Shown: positions 49,828 through 64,000 of the stretch, piece by piece
Numbering within the stretch: position 1 is the stretch's first letter
Layout of the letters: each line of letters opens with the position of its first letter
From: Pristiophorus japonicus
Lineage: Eukaryota
Length of the DNA stretch: 64,000 nucleotides
NCBI RefSeq assembly: GCF_044704955.1
Contig: NC_091983.1
Span: forward strand, 218,736,001-218,800,000
Reading direction: 5' to 3'
Position numbers and translations under genes: made by a program
Notes under the pieces: generated by a model
What the model was told of the DNA's origin: nothing
The model's input: the letters and a program-made list of their open reading frames with translations, nothing else
Databases searched by the model: none

Positions 49828-50910
49828 AAAAGCCCATAGGATCCAGGGCAAAGTGGCAAGTTGGATCCAAAATTGGCTCGTCAGGAAGCAAAGGGTAAAG
49901 GTTGATGGGTGTTTTTGCAACTGAAAGGATGTCTCAAGTGGGGTTCCGCAGGGCTCAGTACTGGGTCCCTTGCTTTTTGTGATATTCATCAATGATCTAA
50001 ACTTGAATACGGGGATATGATTAAGAAGTTTGCAGATGATACCAAATCGGCTGTGTGGTTGATAATGAAGACGAAAGTTGCGGACTGCAGGAAGATGTCA
50101 ATCAACTGGTCAGGTGGACAGAACAGTGGCAAATGGAATTTAATCCAGAGAAGTGTGAGGTAATGCATTTGGGGAGGGCTAGCAAGGAAAGGGAATACAC
50201 ATAAATGGTAGGACACTGAGACGTGTAGAGGAACTCCACAGATCCCTGAAAGTAGCAGGCCAGGTAGATAAGGTGGTTAAGAAGGCATACGGAATGCTTG
50301 CTTTTATTAGCCGAGACATAGAATAAAAGAGCAGGGGAATTATGCGTGAACTGTATAAAACATTGGTTAGGCCACAGCTGGAGTACTGTGTGCAGTTCTG
50401 GTCACCATATTACAGGAAGGATGTGATTGCACTGGAGAGGGTACAGAGGAGATTTACGAGGATGTTGCCGGGAGTGGAGAATTTGAGCTATGAGGACAGA
50501 TTGGATAGGTTGGATTTGTTTTCATTGTAACAGAGGAGGCTGAGTGGAGACCTCATTGAGGTGTATAAAATTATGAGGAGCCTAGACAGAGTGGATAGAA
50601 AGGGCCTATTTACCTTAGCAGAGGAGTCAACAACCAGGGGGCATAAATTTAAAGGAATTGGTAGAAGGTTTAGAGGGGATTTGAGGGAAATTTCTTCACC
50701 CAGAGGGTTGTGGGGGTCTGGAACTCACTGCCTGAAAGGGTAGTAGAAGCAGAAACCCTCACCACATTTAAAAAGTACTTGGATGTGCACCTGAAGTGCT
50801 GTGACCTGCAGGGTTACGGACCTGGAACTGGAAAGAACTGGATAGCCTCTTGTTGGCTGACGTGGACATGAGGGGCCGAAATGGCCTCCTACCATGCTAT
50901 GATTCTATGA
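49828..50910 (+). mobile_element. CR1 LINE
   Basis: Same subfamily as 9397-11150; ORFs 50342..50530 and 50561..50743. Confidence 0.9.
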
Positions 50911-51212
50911 ATTGGAGCCTTCAGGAATGGTTAAAAAAATAAAACAAAATGGGAGTAATTTTTTTTAATGAATTCCTCCCTTGCAGTATGGGCTGATTGA
51001 GATTTCATACAGGGAGACAGACCAGTTCCACCACTGCACAGTGCAAGGCAGGAAACATTTTTTAGGACGATAACCTGGGAGGGCTCACCCAGTGGAATTT
51101 CGTGGCTTCTAATTCACAGACCAGGAAGGTCGAAGGTGCGATTCCCGTATCTCAGCCTGCAATTGGGCGAGAAAAGGGAGCAGCTTCTGCCAGGGACTCC
51201 TGCTGCAAACTG

Positions 51213-54200
51213 TATAGAAACATAGAAATTAGATGCAGGAGCAGTCCATTCGGCCCTTCGAGCCTGCACCGACATTCAATAAGATCATGGCTGATCATTC
51301 AACCTCAGTACCCCTTTCCTGCTTTCTCTCCATACCCCTTGATCCCTTTGGCCGTAAGGGCCATATCTAACTCCCTTTTGAATATATCTAACGAACTGGC
51401 CTCAACAACATTCTACGGTAGAGAATTCCACAGGTTAACCACTCTCTAAGTGAAGAAATTTCTCCTCATCTCGGTCCTAAATGGCTTACCTCTTATTCTT
51501 AGACTGTGACCCCTGGTTCTGGAACTCCCCAGCAACGGGAACATTCTTCCTGCCTCTAACCTGTCCAATCCCATCAGAATTTTATATGTTTCTGAGATCC
51601 CCTCTCATTCTTCTAAACTCCAGTGGATACAAGCCCAGTTGATCCAGTCTCTCCTCATATGTCAGTCCTGCCATCCCGGGAATCAATCTGGTGAACCTTC
51701 GCTGTACTCCCTCAATAGCAAGAACACCCTTCCTCAGATTAGGAGACCAAACTGAACACAATATTCCAGGTGTGGCCTCACCAAGGCACTGTACAACTGC
51801 AGTAAGACCTCCCTGCCCCTGTACTCAAATCCTCTAGCTATGAAGGCCAACATGCCATTTGCCTTCTTCACCGCCTGCTGTACCTGCATACCAAACTTCA
51901 ATGACTGATGTACCATGACACCCAAGTCTCGTTACACCTCCCCTTTTCCTAATTTGTCACCATTCAGATAATATTCTGTCTTCCTGTTTTTTCCACCAAA
52001 GTGGATAACTTCACATTTATCCACATTATACTGCATCTGCCATGCATTTGCCCACTCACCTAACCTGTCCAAGTCACCCTGCAGCCTCTTAGCATCCTCC
52101 CCACAGCTCACATTGACACCCAGCTTATTGTCATCTGCAAACTTGGAGATATTACATTCGATTCCTTCATCTAAATCATTGATGTATATTGTAAATAGCT
52201 GGGGTCCCAGCAACGAACCCTGCAGCACCCCATTGGTCACATAGAAACAGAAAATAGGTGCAGGAGTAGGCCATTCGACCCTTCGAGCCTGCACCACCAT
52301 TCAATAAGATCATGGCTGAACATGCAACTTCAGTACCCCATTCCTGCTTTCTCGCCATACCCCTTGATCCTAGTAGTAAGGACTACATCTAACTCCTTTT
52401 TGAATATAGTTAGTGAATTGGCCTCAACAACTTTCTGTGGCAGAGAATTCCACAGGTTCACCACTCTCTGGGTGAAGAAGTTTCTCCTCATCTCGGTCCT
52501 AAATGGCTACCCCTTATCCTTAGACTGTGACCCCTGGTTCTGGACTTCCCCATTCACTGCCTGCCATTCTGAAAAGGTCCCGTTTATTCCAACTCTGCTT
52601 CCCGTCTGCCAACCAGTTCTCTATTCACGTCAGTACATTACCCCAATACCATGTGCTTTAATTTTGCACTCTAATCTCTTGTGTGGGACCTTGTCAAAAG
52701 CCTTTTGAAAGTCCAAATACACCACATCCACTGGTTCTCCCTTGTCCACTCTACTAGTTACATCCTCAAAAAAATTCTAGATTTGTCAAGCATGATTTCC
52801 CTTTCATAAATCCATGCTGACTAGGGCCGATCCGGTCACTGCTTTCCAAATGCGCTGCTATTTCATCTTTAATAATTGATTCCACCATTTTCCCCACCAC
52901 CGATGTCAGGCTAACCGGTCTATAATTCCCCATTTTCTCTCTCCCTCCTTTTTTAAAAAGTGGTATTACATTAGCCACCCTCCAGTCCATAGGAACTGAT
53001 CCAGAGTCAATAGAATGTTGGAAAATGATAACCAATGCATCCACTATTTCTCGGGCCACTTCCTTAAGTACTCTGGGATCCTGCCTATCAGGCCCTGGGG
53101 ATTTATCGGCCTTCAATCCCATCAATTTCCCCAACACAATTTCTTGACTAATAAGGATTTCCTTCAGTTCCTCCTTTTCACTAGACCCTTGAACCCCTAG
53201 TATTTCCAGAAGGTTATTTGTGTCTTCCTTAGTGAAGACAGATCCAAAGTATTTGTTCAATTAGTCTGCCATTTCTTGTTCCTATTATAAATTCACTTGA
53301 TTCTGACTGCAAAGGACCTATGTTGGTCTTCACTAATCTTTTTCTCTTCACATATCTGCAGAAGCTTTTGCAGTCAGTTTTTATGTTCCCGGCAAGCTTA
53401 CTCTCATACTCTATTTCCCCCCCTCCTAATTAAACCCTTTGTCCTCCTCTGCTGAATTCTAAATTTTTCCCAGTCCTCAGGTTTGCTGCTTTTTCTGGCC
53501 AATTTATATGCCTCTTCCTTGGATTTAACACTACCCCTAATTTCCTTTGTTAGCCACAGTTGAGCTACCTTCCCCGTTTTATTTTTACTCCAGACAGGAA
53601 TGTACAATTGTTGAAGTTCATCCATGTAATCTATAAATGTCTGCCATTGCCTATCCACTGTCAACCCTTTAAGTATCATTTTCCAGTCTATCCTAGCCAA
53701 TTCACGTCTCATACCATCGAAGTAACCCTTCCTTAAGTTCAGGACCCTAGTCTCTGAATTAACACTGTCACTTTCCATCTTAATGAAGAATTCTACCATA
53801 TTATGGTCATTCTTCCCCAGGGACCTTGCACAAGATTGCTAATTAGTCCTCTCGCATTACACAACACCCAGTCTAGGATGGTCAGCTCGCTAGTTGGTCC
53901 CTTGACATATTGGTCTAGAAAGCCATCCCTAATACACTCCAGGAAATCCTCCTCCACTGCATTGCTACCAGCATGGTTAGCCCAATCTATATGTAGACTA
54001 AAGTCTCCCATGATAACTAATTTCCTGTTTGATGCCATCCCCAACCTCACTACTACTGTTTGGTGGTCTGTATACAACTCCCACTAGCGTTTTCTGCCCT
54101 TTGGTATTCCGCAGCTCTACCCATACAGATTCCACATCATCCAGGCTAATGTCCTTCTTACTATTGCATTAATTTCCTCTTTAACCAGCAACGCTACCCC

Positions 54201-54345
54201 ACCTCCTTTTCCTTTCTGTCTATCCTTCCTGGATGTTGAATACCCCTGGATGTTGAATTTCCAGCCTTGGTCACCCTGGAGCCATGTCTCCGTAATCCCA
54301 ATTATATTATAATCGTTAATAGCTGCCTGTGAAGTTAATTCATCC
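51213..54345 (-). mobile_element. Near full-length CR1 ORF2 with a nested CR1 3' end (52240-52550)
   Basis: ORFs 53793..54077 (endonuclease), 53404..53799, 52766..53260, 51932..52300 and 51734..51925. Confidence 0.92.
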
Positions 54346-55115
54346 TAATCTGTCACCATGTGTGTGCATGGACATGGGATGAGCATGGGATCCGGAAAAT
54401 AGCTATGGTGCAGGCTATCCCCCAATGGAAATGGACACTTTAGAGAGATAACAGAATGTCTGTCTGTCCCTGGACTAATCCCCCAGTGTGTGTCATTGGC
54501 TGGAGAGAAAAGCATTGTGTGAGAAAGAAAGCGTGACAACAACTGTAGTCCAACTCCAAGCCTGAATTGCTCTGCACCCTCCTCAATCAGCATTGTGCAG
54601 CCACCGTGGCACACATATATCTCATACTGCACAACACTTCAGATATTGGATGCAATATCAGACACTTAGAAATCAAAGATGGGCAGATCTGTGATGACCC
54701 AATCGGAGTATGTGAACCTGTTGGAAGTTCTCTAAGAATCCAGGGCCCAAACAGTTAAGTCGGCTGAACTGAACCACTCATTTACTCAGGGTTCCTCTCT
54801 TTACTCTTCAGGAGGGGCTGTGTTTACTTTCACTCAAACAGAGATGACTGTTTGCTCTTTACTGAGACTTCTGGCAACACAGCTTGCTTTAAACCAATGT
54901 AATGGTGGCTTAATAGTGGGCCACATTGACCCGAACCCTCTGGGAATGGGCAAAACTGACTGCAACTCTATGCAAGAGACAGCACACAGACCCCAGTGTC
55001 CCTCCCTTTCCCACTCCCTCCTTCTCCTTCTCCCTCTCCCTCTCCCACTCCCACTCCCACCTGTTCTCCGCTCTCTCCGGCTGCCTCCATTCTCCGAGCC
55101 CGAACACGGATTCAC

Positions 55116-55300
55116 CTCCACGGGCAGAAAAATCCAAAACACGCAGAGAACGAATGAGGAAGCAGATCGCAGGTGAGATTAAAGAAACCGGATCCCATCT
55201 CCTGCTGAGCCGTGTCACCTCGCCGGCAGCACCTGCCCTGTGTGGGTGTGTGAGAGCTGACCACGCCTCTTGGCCTCAGTGCCCTGGCGGGGGTAGTTCT
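55116..55300 (-). promoter_or_regulatory. Candidate promoter / non-coding first exon of the FAM177B-like gene
   Basis: Non-repetitive, relatively CpG-rich patch about 10 kb upstream of the coding exons, with a minus-strand donor GAG|gtgaat at 55115. There is no transcript support, and a + strand donor-like site (cag|gtgaga, near 55172) also exists. Confidence 0.3.
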
Positions 55301-55474
55301 GGAAAGTGGGAGAAGGCGGACCAGCCTTGTATGTGATGCCGTGCAGAGTTGAATCGGCTCCTGGCACTCACTGTCTAGTCTCACTCCAACAAGGTAATGC
55401 AGGGACTCAGAACTGGACATCAGCGACAGAGAGACTACAGGAGGAAACACACAAACTATTGGTTCTGGAATTGC

Positions 55475-56712
55475 CTCTGGGATCATGTGGTACAGTGGGT
55501 CACACACTGACCTTTCCCCTCTGGGACCATGTGGTACAGTGGGTCACACACTGACCTTTCCCCTCTGGGACTGGGTGATACAGTGGATCACACACTGACC
55601 TTTGCCCTCTGGGACTGGGTGGTACAGTGGGTCACACACTGACCTTTCCCCTCTGGGAATGGGTGGTACAGTGGGTCACACTCTAACCTTTCCCCTCTGG
55701 GATCATGTGGTACAGTGGGTCACACTCTAACCTTTCCCCTCTGGGACTGGCTGGTACAGTGGGTCACACACTGACCTTTCCCCTCTGGGACTGGGTGGTA
55801 CAGTGGGTCACACTCTAACCTTTCCCCTCTGGGACCATGTGGTACAGTGGGTCACACACTGACCTTTCCCCTCTGGGACCATGTGGTACAGTTGGTCACA
55901 CACTGACCTTTCCTCTCTGGGACCATGTGGTACAGCGCGTCACACTCTGACCTTTCCTCTGGGACTATCTGGTACAGTGCATCACACTCTGACCTTTCCC
56001 CTCTGGGACCATGTGGGACAGTTGGTCACATACTGACCTTTCCTCTCTGGGACCATGTGGTACAGCACGTCACACTCTGACCTTTCCCCTCTGGGACCAT
56101 GTGGTACAGTGCGTCACACTGACCTTTCCCCTCTGGGACCATGTGGTACAGTGCGTCACACTCTGACCTTTCCCCTCTGGGACCATGTGGTACAGTGCGT
56201 CACACTCTGACCTTTCCCCTCTGGGACCATGTGGTACAGTGGGTCACATGCTGACCTTTCCCCTCTGGGACCATGTGGTACAGTGCGTCACACTCTGACC
56301 TTTCCCCTCTGGGACCATGTGGTACAGTGGGTCACATGCTGACCTTTCCCCTCTGGGACCATGTGGTACAGTGGGTCACATGTTGACCTTTCCCCTCTGG
56401 GACCATGTGGTACAGTGGGTCACATGCTGACCTTTCCCCTCTGGGACTGGGTGGTACAGTGGGTCACACTCTGACCTTTCCCCTCTGGGACTGGGTGGTA
56501 CAGTGGGTCACACTCTGACCTTTCCTCTCTGGGACCATGTGGTACAGTGGGTCACATGCTGACCTTTCCCCTCTGGGACTGGGTGGTACAGTGCATCACA
56601 CTCTGACCTTTCCTCTCTGGGACCATGTGGTACAGTGGGTCATACACTGACCTTTCCCCTCTGGGACTGTGTGGCACAGTGGGTCACACATTGACTTTTC
56701 CCCTCTAGGACT
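55475..56712 (+). repeat. 44-bp minisatellite, about 28 copies
   Basis: Unit ctgacctttcccctctgggaccatgtggtacagtgggtcacaca; period 44 (55507, 55551, ...); no spacers. Confidence 0.95.
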
Positions 56713-57074
56713 AATAATTCTGCACTCTGCTGACTGTAAGGGATGCTTGAAATGAATTCGGTGCAAGTTGAAAATTCTTCCTACTGGTCACGGACCCTTA
56801 GCCCCTAATTCAGTACAATGAGGAATGTAACCAGAGGTTAAGTGAGAAATGCTAACATTTTTTTTATTCTCAGGATGGGCACCAGGCTGGCAAGGCCCCC
56901 TTTATTATCCACCCCTAGTTCTTAGGTGGTGGTGGTGGGCCTTCTCCTTCAGCATCTGCAGTCCTTGTGGTGACGGTGCTCCAGTAAGGTGCTATGCCAG
57001 GAATTTCAGGATACAACTGCAGCAACAATGAATGAACGATGATGCATGTCCAAGTGAGGATGGTGTGTGACTTG

Positions 57075-60000
57075 AGGAACTGGTCAGGTGGGCAGAGCAA
57101 TGGCAAATGGAATATAATTCCGAGAATTGTGAGGTAATGCACTTTGGGAGGGCTAATAAGGAAAGGGTATACTCATTAAGCGGTAGGCCACTTAATAGTG
57201 TAGATGAACAAAGGGAACTTGGAGTGCTTGTCCACAGATCCCTGAAAGTTGCAGGCCAGATGGATAAGATGGTTAAGAAGGCATACGGAATGCTTGCCTT
57301 TATTGGCCGAGGCACAGAATATAAGAGCAAGGAGGTTATGCTTAAATGGTATAATACTTTGGTTAGGCCACAGCTGAAGTACTGCGTGCAGTTCTGGTCA
57401 CCATATTACAGGAAGGACGTGATTGCACTAGAGAGGGTGCAGAGGAGATTTACTAAGATGCTGCATGGAATGGAGAATCTTAGTTATGAGGACAGATTGG
57501 ATCGGCTGGGTTTGTTCTCATTGGAACAGAGGAGGTTGAGAGGAGACCTCATTGAGGTGTACAAAATATTGAGGGGCCTGGACATAGTGGATAGTAAGGA
57601 CCTATTTCCATTGGTGGAGGGGTCTATTACGAGGGGGCATAGTTTTAAGGTGGTTGGTGGAAGGTTTAGGGATAGTGTTAAATCTAAGGAAGAGGCATCT
57701 AACTTGGCCAGAAAAAGCAGCAAACCTGAGAACTGGGAGAAATTTAGAATTCAGCAGAGGAGGACAAAGGGTTCAATTAGGAGGGAGAAAATAGAGTATG
57801 AGAGGAAGCTGCTGGGAACATAAAAACTGACTACAAAAGTATCTATAGATATGTGAAGAGAAAAAGATTAGTGAAGACAAATGTAAGTCATTTGCAGTCA
57901 GAATCAGGTGAATTTATAATGGGGAACAAGGAAATGGCAGACCAAGTGAACAAATACTTTGGTTCTGTCTTCACAAATAACCTTCCGGAAATATTAGGGG
58001 ACCGAGGGTCTCGCGAGAAGGAGGAACTGAAGGAAATCCTTATTAGTCAGGAAATGGCGTTAGGGAAATTGATGGGACTGAAGGCCGATAAATCCCCGGG
58101 GTCTGATAGTCTGCATCCCAGAGTACTTAAGGAAGTGGCCCGAGAAATAATGGATGCATTAGTGGTAATTTTCCAACATTCCATAGACTCTGAATCAGCT
58201 CCTATGGACTGGAGGGTAGCTAATGCAACACCAATTTTTAAAAAAAGGAGGGAGAGAAAACAGGTAATTATAGACCGGTTAGCCTGACATCAATAGTGGG
58301 GAAAATGTTGGAATCAATTATTAAAGATATAATAGCAGCGCATTTGGAAAGCAATGACAGGATCGGTCCAAGTCAGCATGGATTTATGAAAGGGAAATCA
58401 TACTTGACAAATCTAGAATTTTTTGAGGATGTAACTAGTAGAGTGGACAAGGGAGAACCAGTGGATGTGGTGTATTTGGGCTTTCAAAAGGCTTTTGACA
58501 AGAACATAAAAACATAAGAATTAGGAACAGGAGTAGGCCATCTAGCCCCTCGAGCCTGCTCCGCCATTCAACAAGATCATGGCTGATCTAGCTGTGGACT
58601 CAGCTCCACTTACCCGCCCGCTCCCCATAACCCTTAATTCCCTTTTTGGTTAAAAATCTATCTATCTGTGATTTGAATATATTTAATGAGCTAGCCTCTG
58701 GGAGAAGAACTCTCTGGGAGAAGAAATTCCTTCTCAACTCTGTTTTAAATTGGCTCCCCCGTATTTTGAGGCTGTGCCCCCTAGTTCTCGTCTCCCCGAC
58801 CAGTGGAAACAACCTCTCTACCTCTATCTTGTCTATCCCTTTCATTATTTTAAATGTATCTATAAGATCACGCCTCATCCTTCTGAACTCCAACGAGTAA
58901 AGACCCAGTCTACTCAATCTATCATCATAAGGTAACCCCCTCATCTCTGGAATCAGCCAAGTGAATCGTCTCTGTACCCCCTCCAAACTTAGTATATCCT
59001 TCCTTAAGTAAGGTGACCAAAACTGCACGCAGTACTCCAGGTGTGGCCTCACCAATACCCTATACAGTTGCAGAAGGACCTCCCTGCTTTTGTGCTCCAT
59101 CCCTCTCGCAATGAAGGCCAACATTCCGTTCGCCTTCCTGATTACCTGCTGCACCTGCAAACTAACTTTTTGGGATTCATGCACAAGGACTCCAAAAGAG
59201 TTTCATGCACAAGGACCCCCAGGTTCCTCTGCACCGCAGCATGTTGTAATTTCTCCCCATTCAAATAATAATCCTTTTTACTGTTTTTTTCCCCCCAAGG
59301 TGGATGACCTCACACTTTCCGACATTGTATTCCATCTGCCAAACCTTAGCCCATTCGCTTAACCTATCTAAATCTCTTTGCAGCCTCTCTCTGTCCTCTA
59401 CACAACCCGCTTTCCCACTAATCTTTGTCATCTACAAATTTTGTTACACTACACTCTGTCCCCTCTTCCAGGTTATTTATGTATATTGTAAATAGCTGTG
59501 GTCCCAGCACCGATCCCTGTGGCACACCACTAACCACCGATTTCCAACCCGAAAAGGACCCATTTATCCCGACTCTCTGCTTTCTGTTAGCCAGCCAGTT
59601 CTCTATCTATGCTAATATATTTCCACTGACTCCGCGTACCTCTATCTTCTGCAGTAACCTTTTGTGTGGCACCTTATCGAATGCCTTTTGAAAATCTAAA
59701 TACACCACATCCATCGGTACACCTCTATCCACCATGCTTGTTATATCCTCAAAGAATTCCAGTAAATTAGTTAAACATGATTTCCCCTTCATGATTCCAT
59801 GCTGCGTCTGCTTGATTGCACTATTCCTATCTAGATGTCCCGCTATTTCTTCCTTAATGATAGCTTCAAGCATTTTCCCCACTACAGATGTTAAACTAAC
59901 CAGCCTATAGTTACCTGCCTTTTGTTTGCCCCCTTTTTTAAACAGAGGCGTTAAATTAGCTGCTTTCCAATCCGCTGGTACCTCCCCAGAGTCCAGAGAA

Positions 60001-61420
60001 TTTTGGTAGATTATAACGAATGCATCTGCTATAACTTCCGCCATCTCTTTTAATACCCTGGGATGCATTTCATCAGGACCAGGGGACTTGTCTACCTTGA
60101 GTCCCATTAGCCTGTCCAGCACTACCCCCCTAGTGATAATGATTGTCTCAAGGTCCTCCCTTCCCACATTCCTGTGACCAGCAAGGTCCCACACAAGATA
60201 TTAGAGTGCAAAATTAAAGCACATGGTATTGGGGGTAATGTATTGATGTGGATAGAGAACTGGTTGGCAGACAGGAAGCAAAGAGTAGGAATAAACAGGT
60301 CCTTTTTAGAATGGCAGGCAGTGACTAGTGGGGTATTGCAAGGTTCAGTGCTGGGACCCCAGCTATCTACAATGTGCATTAATGATTTAGACAAAGGAAT
60401 TGAATGTAATATCTCCAAGTTTGCAGATGACACTAAGCTGGGTGTCAGTGTGAGCTGTGAGGAGGATGCTAAGAGGCTGCAGGGTGACTTGGACAAGTTA
60501 GGTGAGTGGGCAAATGCATAGCAGATGCAGTATAATGTAGATAAATGTGAGGTTATCCACTTTGGTGGCAAAAGCAGGAAGGCAGAATATTACATTAATG
60601 GTGACAGATTAGGAAAAGGGGAGGTGCAACGAGACCTGGGTGTCATGGTACATCAGTCATTGAAAGTTGGCATGCAGGTACAGCAGGCGGTTAAGAAAGC
60701 AAATGGCATGTTGGGCTTCATAACGAGTGGATTTGAGTATAAGAGCAGGGAGATCTTACTACAGTTGTATAGGGCCTTGGTGAGGCCACACCTGGAGTAT
60801 TGTGTACAGTTTTGGTCTCCTAATCTGAGGAAGGACATTCTTGCTATTGAGGGAGTGCAGCGAAGGTTCACCAGACTGATTCCCGGGATGGCAGGACTGA
60901 CATATCAAGAAAGACTGGATCGACTGGGCCTGTATTCACTGGAATTTAGAAGTATGAGAGGGGATCTCATAGAAACGTTTAAAATTCTGACGGGTTTAGA
61001 CAGGTTAGATGCAGGAAGAATGTTCCCAATGTTGGGGAAGTCCAGAACTAGGGGTCACAGTCTAAGGATAAGGGGTAAGCCATTTAGGACCGAGATGAGG
61101 AGAAACTTCTTCACCCAGAGAGTGGTGAACCTGTGGAATTCTCTGCCACAGAAAGTTTTTGAGGCCAATTCACTAAATATATTCAAAAAGGAGTTAGATG
61201 AAGTCCTTACTATTCGGGGGATCTAGGGGTTTGGCGAGAAAGCAGGAATGGGGTACTGAAGTTGCATGTTCAGCCATGAACTCATTGAATGGCGGTGCAG
61301 GCTCGAAGGGCCGAATGGCCTACTCCTGCACCTATTTTCTATGTTTCTAAAGTTGGTAATTGGGATTAGACTGGATGACCTTTTGTTGGCCGGCGCAGAT
61401 ATAATGGTAAGTACTGCAGG
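57075..61420 (+). mobile_element. Nested CR1 cluster: subfamily B (57075-57670, 61350-61420) > subfamily A (57670-58500, 60181-61349) > minus-strand CR1 (58501-60180)
   Basis: Chimeric ORF 57107..57823. KAFDK|VPH is split between 58500 and 60181. Minus ORFs 58600..59184 and 59607..60194; plus ORF 60525..61226. Confidence 0.9.
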
Positions 61421-63034
61421 GAATGGAATGCAGCCGGAGTGGGGGGCTGCCGTTCCCCTCCCCCAAAGGGACCAGTGCCTGCAGGGCACAGAGGGGCAAT
61501 GCTGAAACACAATTTGGGAAGTCAACATATACACAGGGACTACAACAGAAAATCAACACACACCAAAGTAAACTGTTTATTTTGTCTTCTCAACCTCAGA
61601 GCACTTCAAACAATGCAGTTTGAAATGATAAAATATGTCGTGCAGGTACTAGAGTAGCCTTTTTCAAAGTTTGAAGCAGTTTTCCACCCCCCCCTCCTTG
61701 TCCCACAATCTCTTGCTGACCATGTCCTCCCCTGACAGCAGACGACTGATAGTGAGAGGGAGTAAAAACCCTGGGCAATCTCCTGCCTTGGCCGACGGAC
61801 CAATTGTACTCACCTTTATTGCAACGGGGTTGGAGCTTGCCCCGGTGCCACCCGTAGCCAAGAGATCAGATACAGGCCACAATGCAAGCCAAATGCCCGG
61901 GGACAACTCCCCACCTGATAGCTCTCTGTGGCCTCCCTCAGAAGTGGCACTGCTCCAGACACACGGAAGCAGTGCAGTGGTGAACCCCTGCCCCAGCACT
62001 CCGGGGCAGAACAGTGATACTCCAGCCTGTGTCATCGCACCAGTCACCGATTCAGTCTGATAACCTCTCCTCCCCTTCAGTTTGCTCCCTCACTCTGCCA
62101 GCATCAATCTTAGCTCCACATTGGGGAGGGGAGGCAGCAGCTGTGGCTGTCCTCCAGTGCCTCAGACAAATTTACATTTTTCATGTGCTGTTCAACCACA
62201 GGGGCAGCATCACAGCCAAGTCAGGTACAGTCCTCACCCCACACCTGTAAGCTCTCCCACTGGCAGCCAGTGGATAGCAATCAGAAGGGAGCGCCCGGGC
62301 TGATTTTAATAGGTCACAGAGGTACTGAGGGGAATTGTGGCACTCAGTACAGGCTGAGGATTGAATCGACATAGAAATAACATAGCAGTTACAACAGGGA
62401 AACAGGCAATTTGGCCCCGCTGGCATTTACCCTCTCCCCCAGACAGGCACCTACCTGTATGGTTCAATCCGTTGATGAGGAATAGACAGTCGTTAAACAG
62501 TGACTTGTCACAGGCAGCCCCGTCAGGTGGGAGAGTGGAATAAACAATTAAAAAACTTTCTACTTTACGCCCCTAACAATAAACCGTTTAAACTAACAGT
62601 ATAAATGTGTTTATTTTTTCCAAGCAACATAAATTGATTAGATTTAACTGTTAAGCAGCACCATTACAATGGAGGAGATAATCTACACATGATTACATGA
62701 TAAACCAGCATTTTAACAACTGGCAGAGGAGATAGGAATATTGCAGGGTCATCGATCACCGATGCTATAACCTTTCCCCTGCCCTCAGAATGACCTAAGT
62801 TCCCCATTGATTGTTTACAGACCTTCAGGATAAATTAACATTTTTAACTATGTGAAAATTTGCTGTTTGCCCCAATGTTGTAAAAGTGTTCAGGAACCAA
62901 GATAAACAGATTCCAGTTAGTACAGTGCAGGCGTAGTGCTTCATTTGGACCACTAGAATCTGCTAGTGAGCTAATCCACTATTCGAAGAATTTGTAACGG
63001 AAAAATGGAAATGCCCCTCCACCCCCCCACAGCC

Positions 63035-63232
63035 TGGGACCACCCACAGCACGAGATCCCCCTGGGACCACCCACAGCACGAGATCCCCCTGGGACCACC
63101 CACAGCACGAGATCCCCCTGGGACCACCCACAGCACGAGATCCCCCTGGGACCACCCACAGCACGAGATCCCCCTGGGACCACCCACAGCACGAGACCCA
63201 AGCCTGAGGCCACCCACAGCTCGAGACCCTCC
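63035..63232. repeat. 28-bp minisatellite (gggaccacccacagcacgagatccccct), about 6 copies
   Basis: Directly visible. Confidence 0.93.
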
Positions 63233-64000
63233 ACGACTGCCCACAACCGCTCCCCACCACCCCCAGCCTGAAGGCACAAATTAATCCCACCCACTTACTC
63301 CTCAAACAAGTGTTCATTCTCCATGTGCGAGCCAAGATTGAGACTATTCAACTGTAGAGAGCATCACAGAGAAGTTTGATGTTTACATGCATCTGCACCT
63401 TCTGGCTGTGGTAAGTAGACAGCAGCAGGAACCCTAGCTGAATTTTATCCCTCTCATCTCTAGCCCAGGGACAGCTGAAGTCTCAGGGTGTGAGTAGTGC
63501 ATCAATGGCAGGCAGTCGGGACCAGGAACAGAAGGGATATCCCACCCTAATCACTGTTTGAAGAAACAAGTAGGCCTCGAGCTCTGGGCCTTGCATTCCA
63601 TTACAAAACCTGCCAATTAACTTTCTCTTTCCAAAAGAGATTTAAATGCATAATTTTTTTTTAAGCATATTTACAGTTGTGTGAGTGTGTGTGTAAATAT
63701 ATATTTATCTAGTATACATCTTAGTTCTTCCTTTGAAAGACAGTAGGAGATTTACTGACTGATATTGGAATAAATGTTTAATAAGTGTTCTCGGTTAGAA
63801 GGGCACTGGAGGCAAAAACCCTGAATCATTACGGAGACAGTGGACGCGATGATTTGGGAATGAGGGAACAGGCAACAAATGGAGGTTCTATCTTCACGGA
63901 ACAGCCGAATGTCTTTCCTCACTCTCTTTACACACTGGCAGACTTTCTTTGACGGCAGGGCTCGAGTGCCAGCGGAATAGGATATAAAAACAGCTCGGAT

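Noticed and set aside
55475-56712. CRISPR-like array
   Set aside because: The 44-bp units are contiguous with no unique spacers, there are no cas genes, and the context is eukaryotic. It is a minisatellite.
62963-63335. Repetitive ORFs near the window end
   Set aside because: They are translations of the 28-bp minisatellite.

Overview
This is eukaryotic vertebrate DNA, most likely a shark or ray (inferred from HER1/CR1-type LINEs, RTE LINEs, Mag-type Gypsy elements and Penelope-like repeats). Most of the window is nested, decayed transposable elements, and almost every long ORF in the ORF track is a transposon fragment. Two convergent spliced host genes were reconstructed by hand. On + are the last five coding exons (1796-27859) of a TTLL15-like tubulin-tyrosine-ligase-like ATP-grasp enzyme, a family I know from nematodes and insects but not from mammals. 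On - are four coding exons (45320-35337) of a FAM177 (FAM177B-like) gene whose start codon is unresolved. Other notable structures are a gag-protease-only LTR retrotransposon with a TSD, a three-level Gypsy/LINE nest with a locally templated inverted duplication, a degenerate Penelope hammerhead ribozyme, a hAT element with a perfect 8-bp TSD, a solo LTR and several minisatellites, one built from a SINE Pol III A-box. All family names come from motif recognition; no database search was run.
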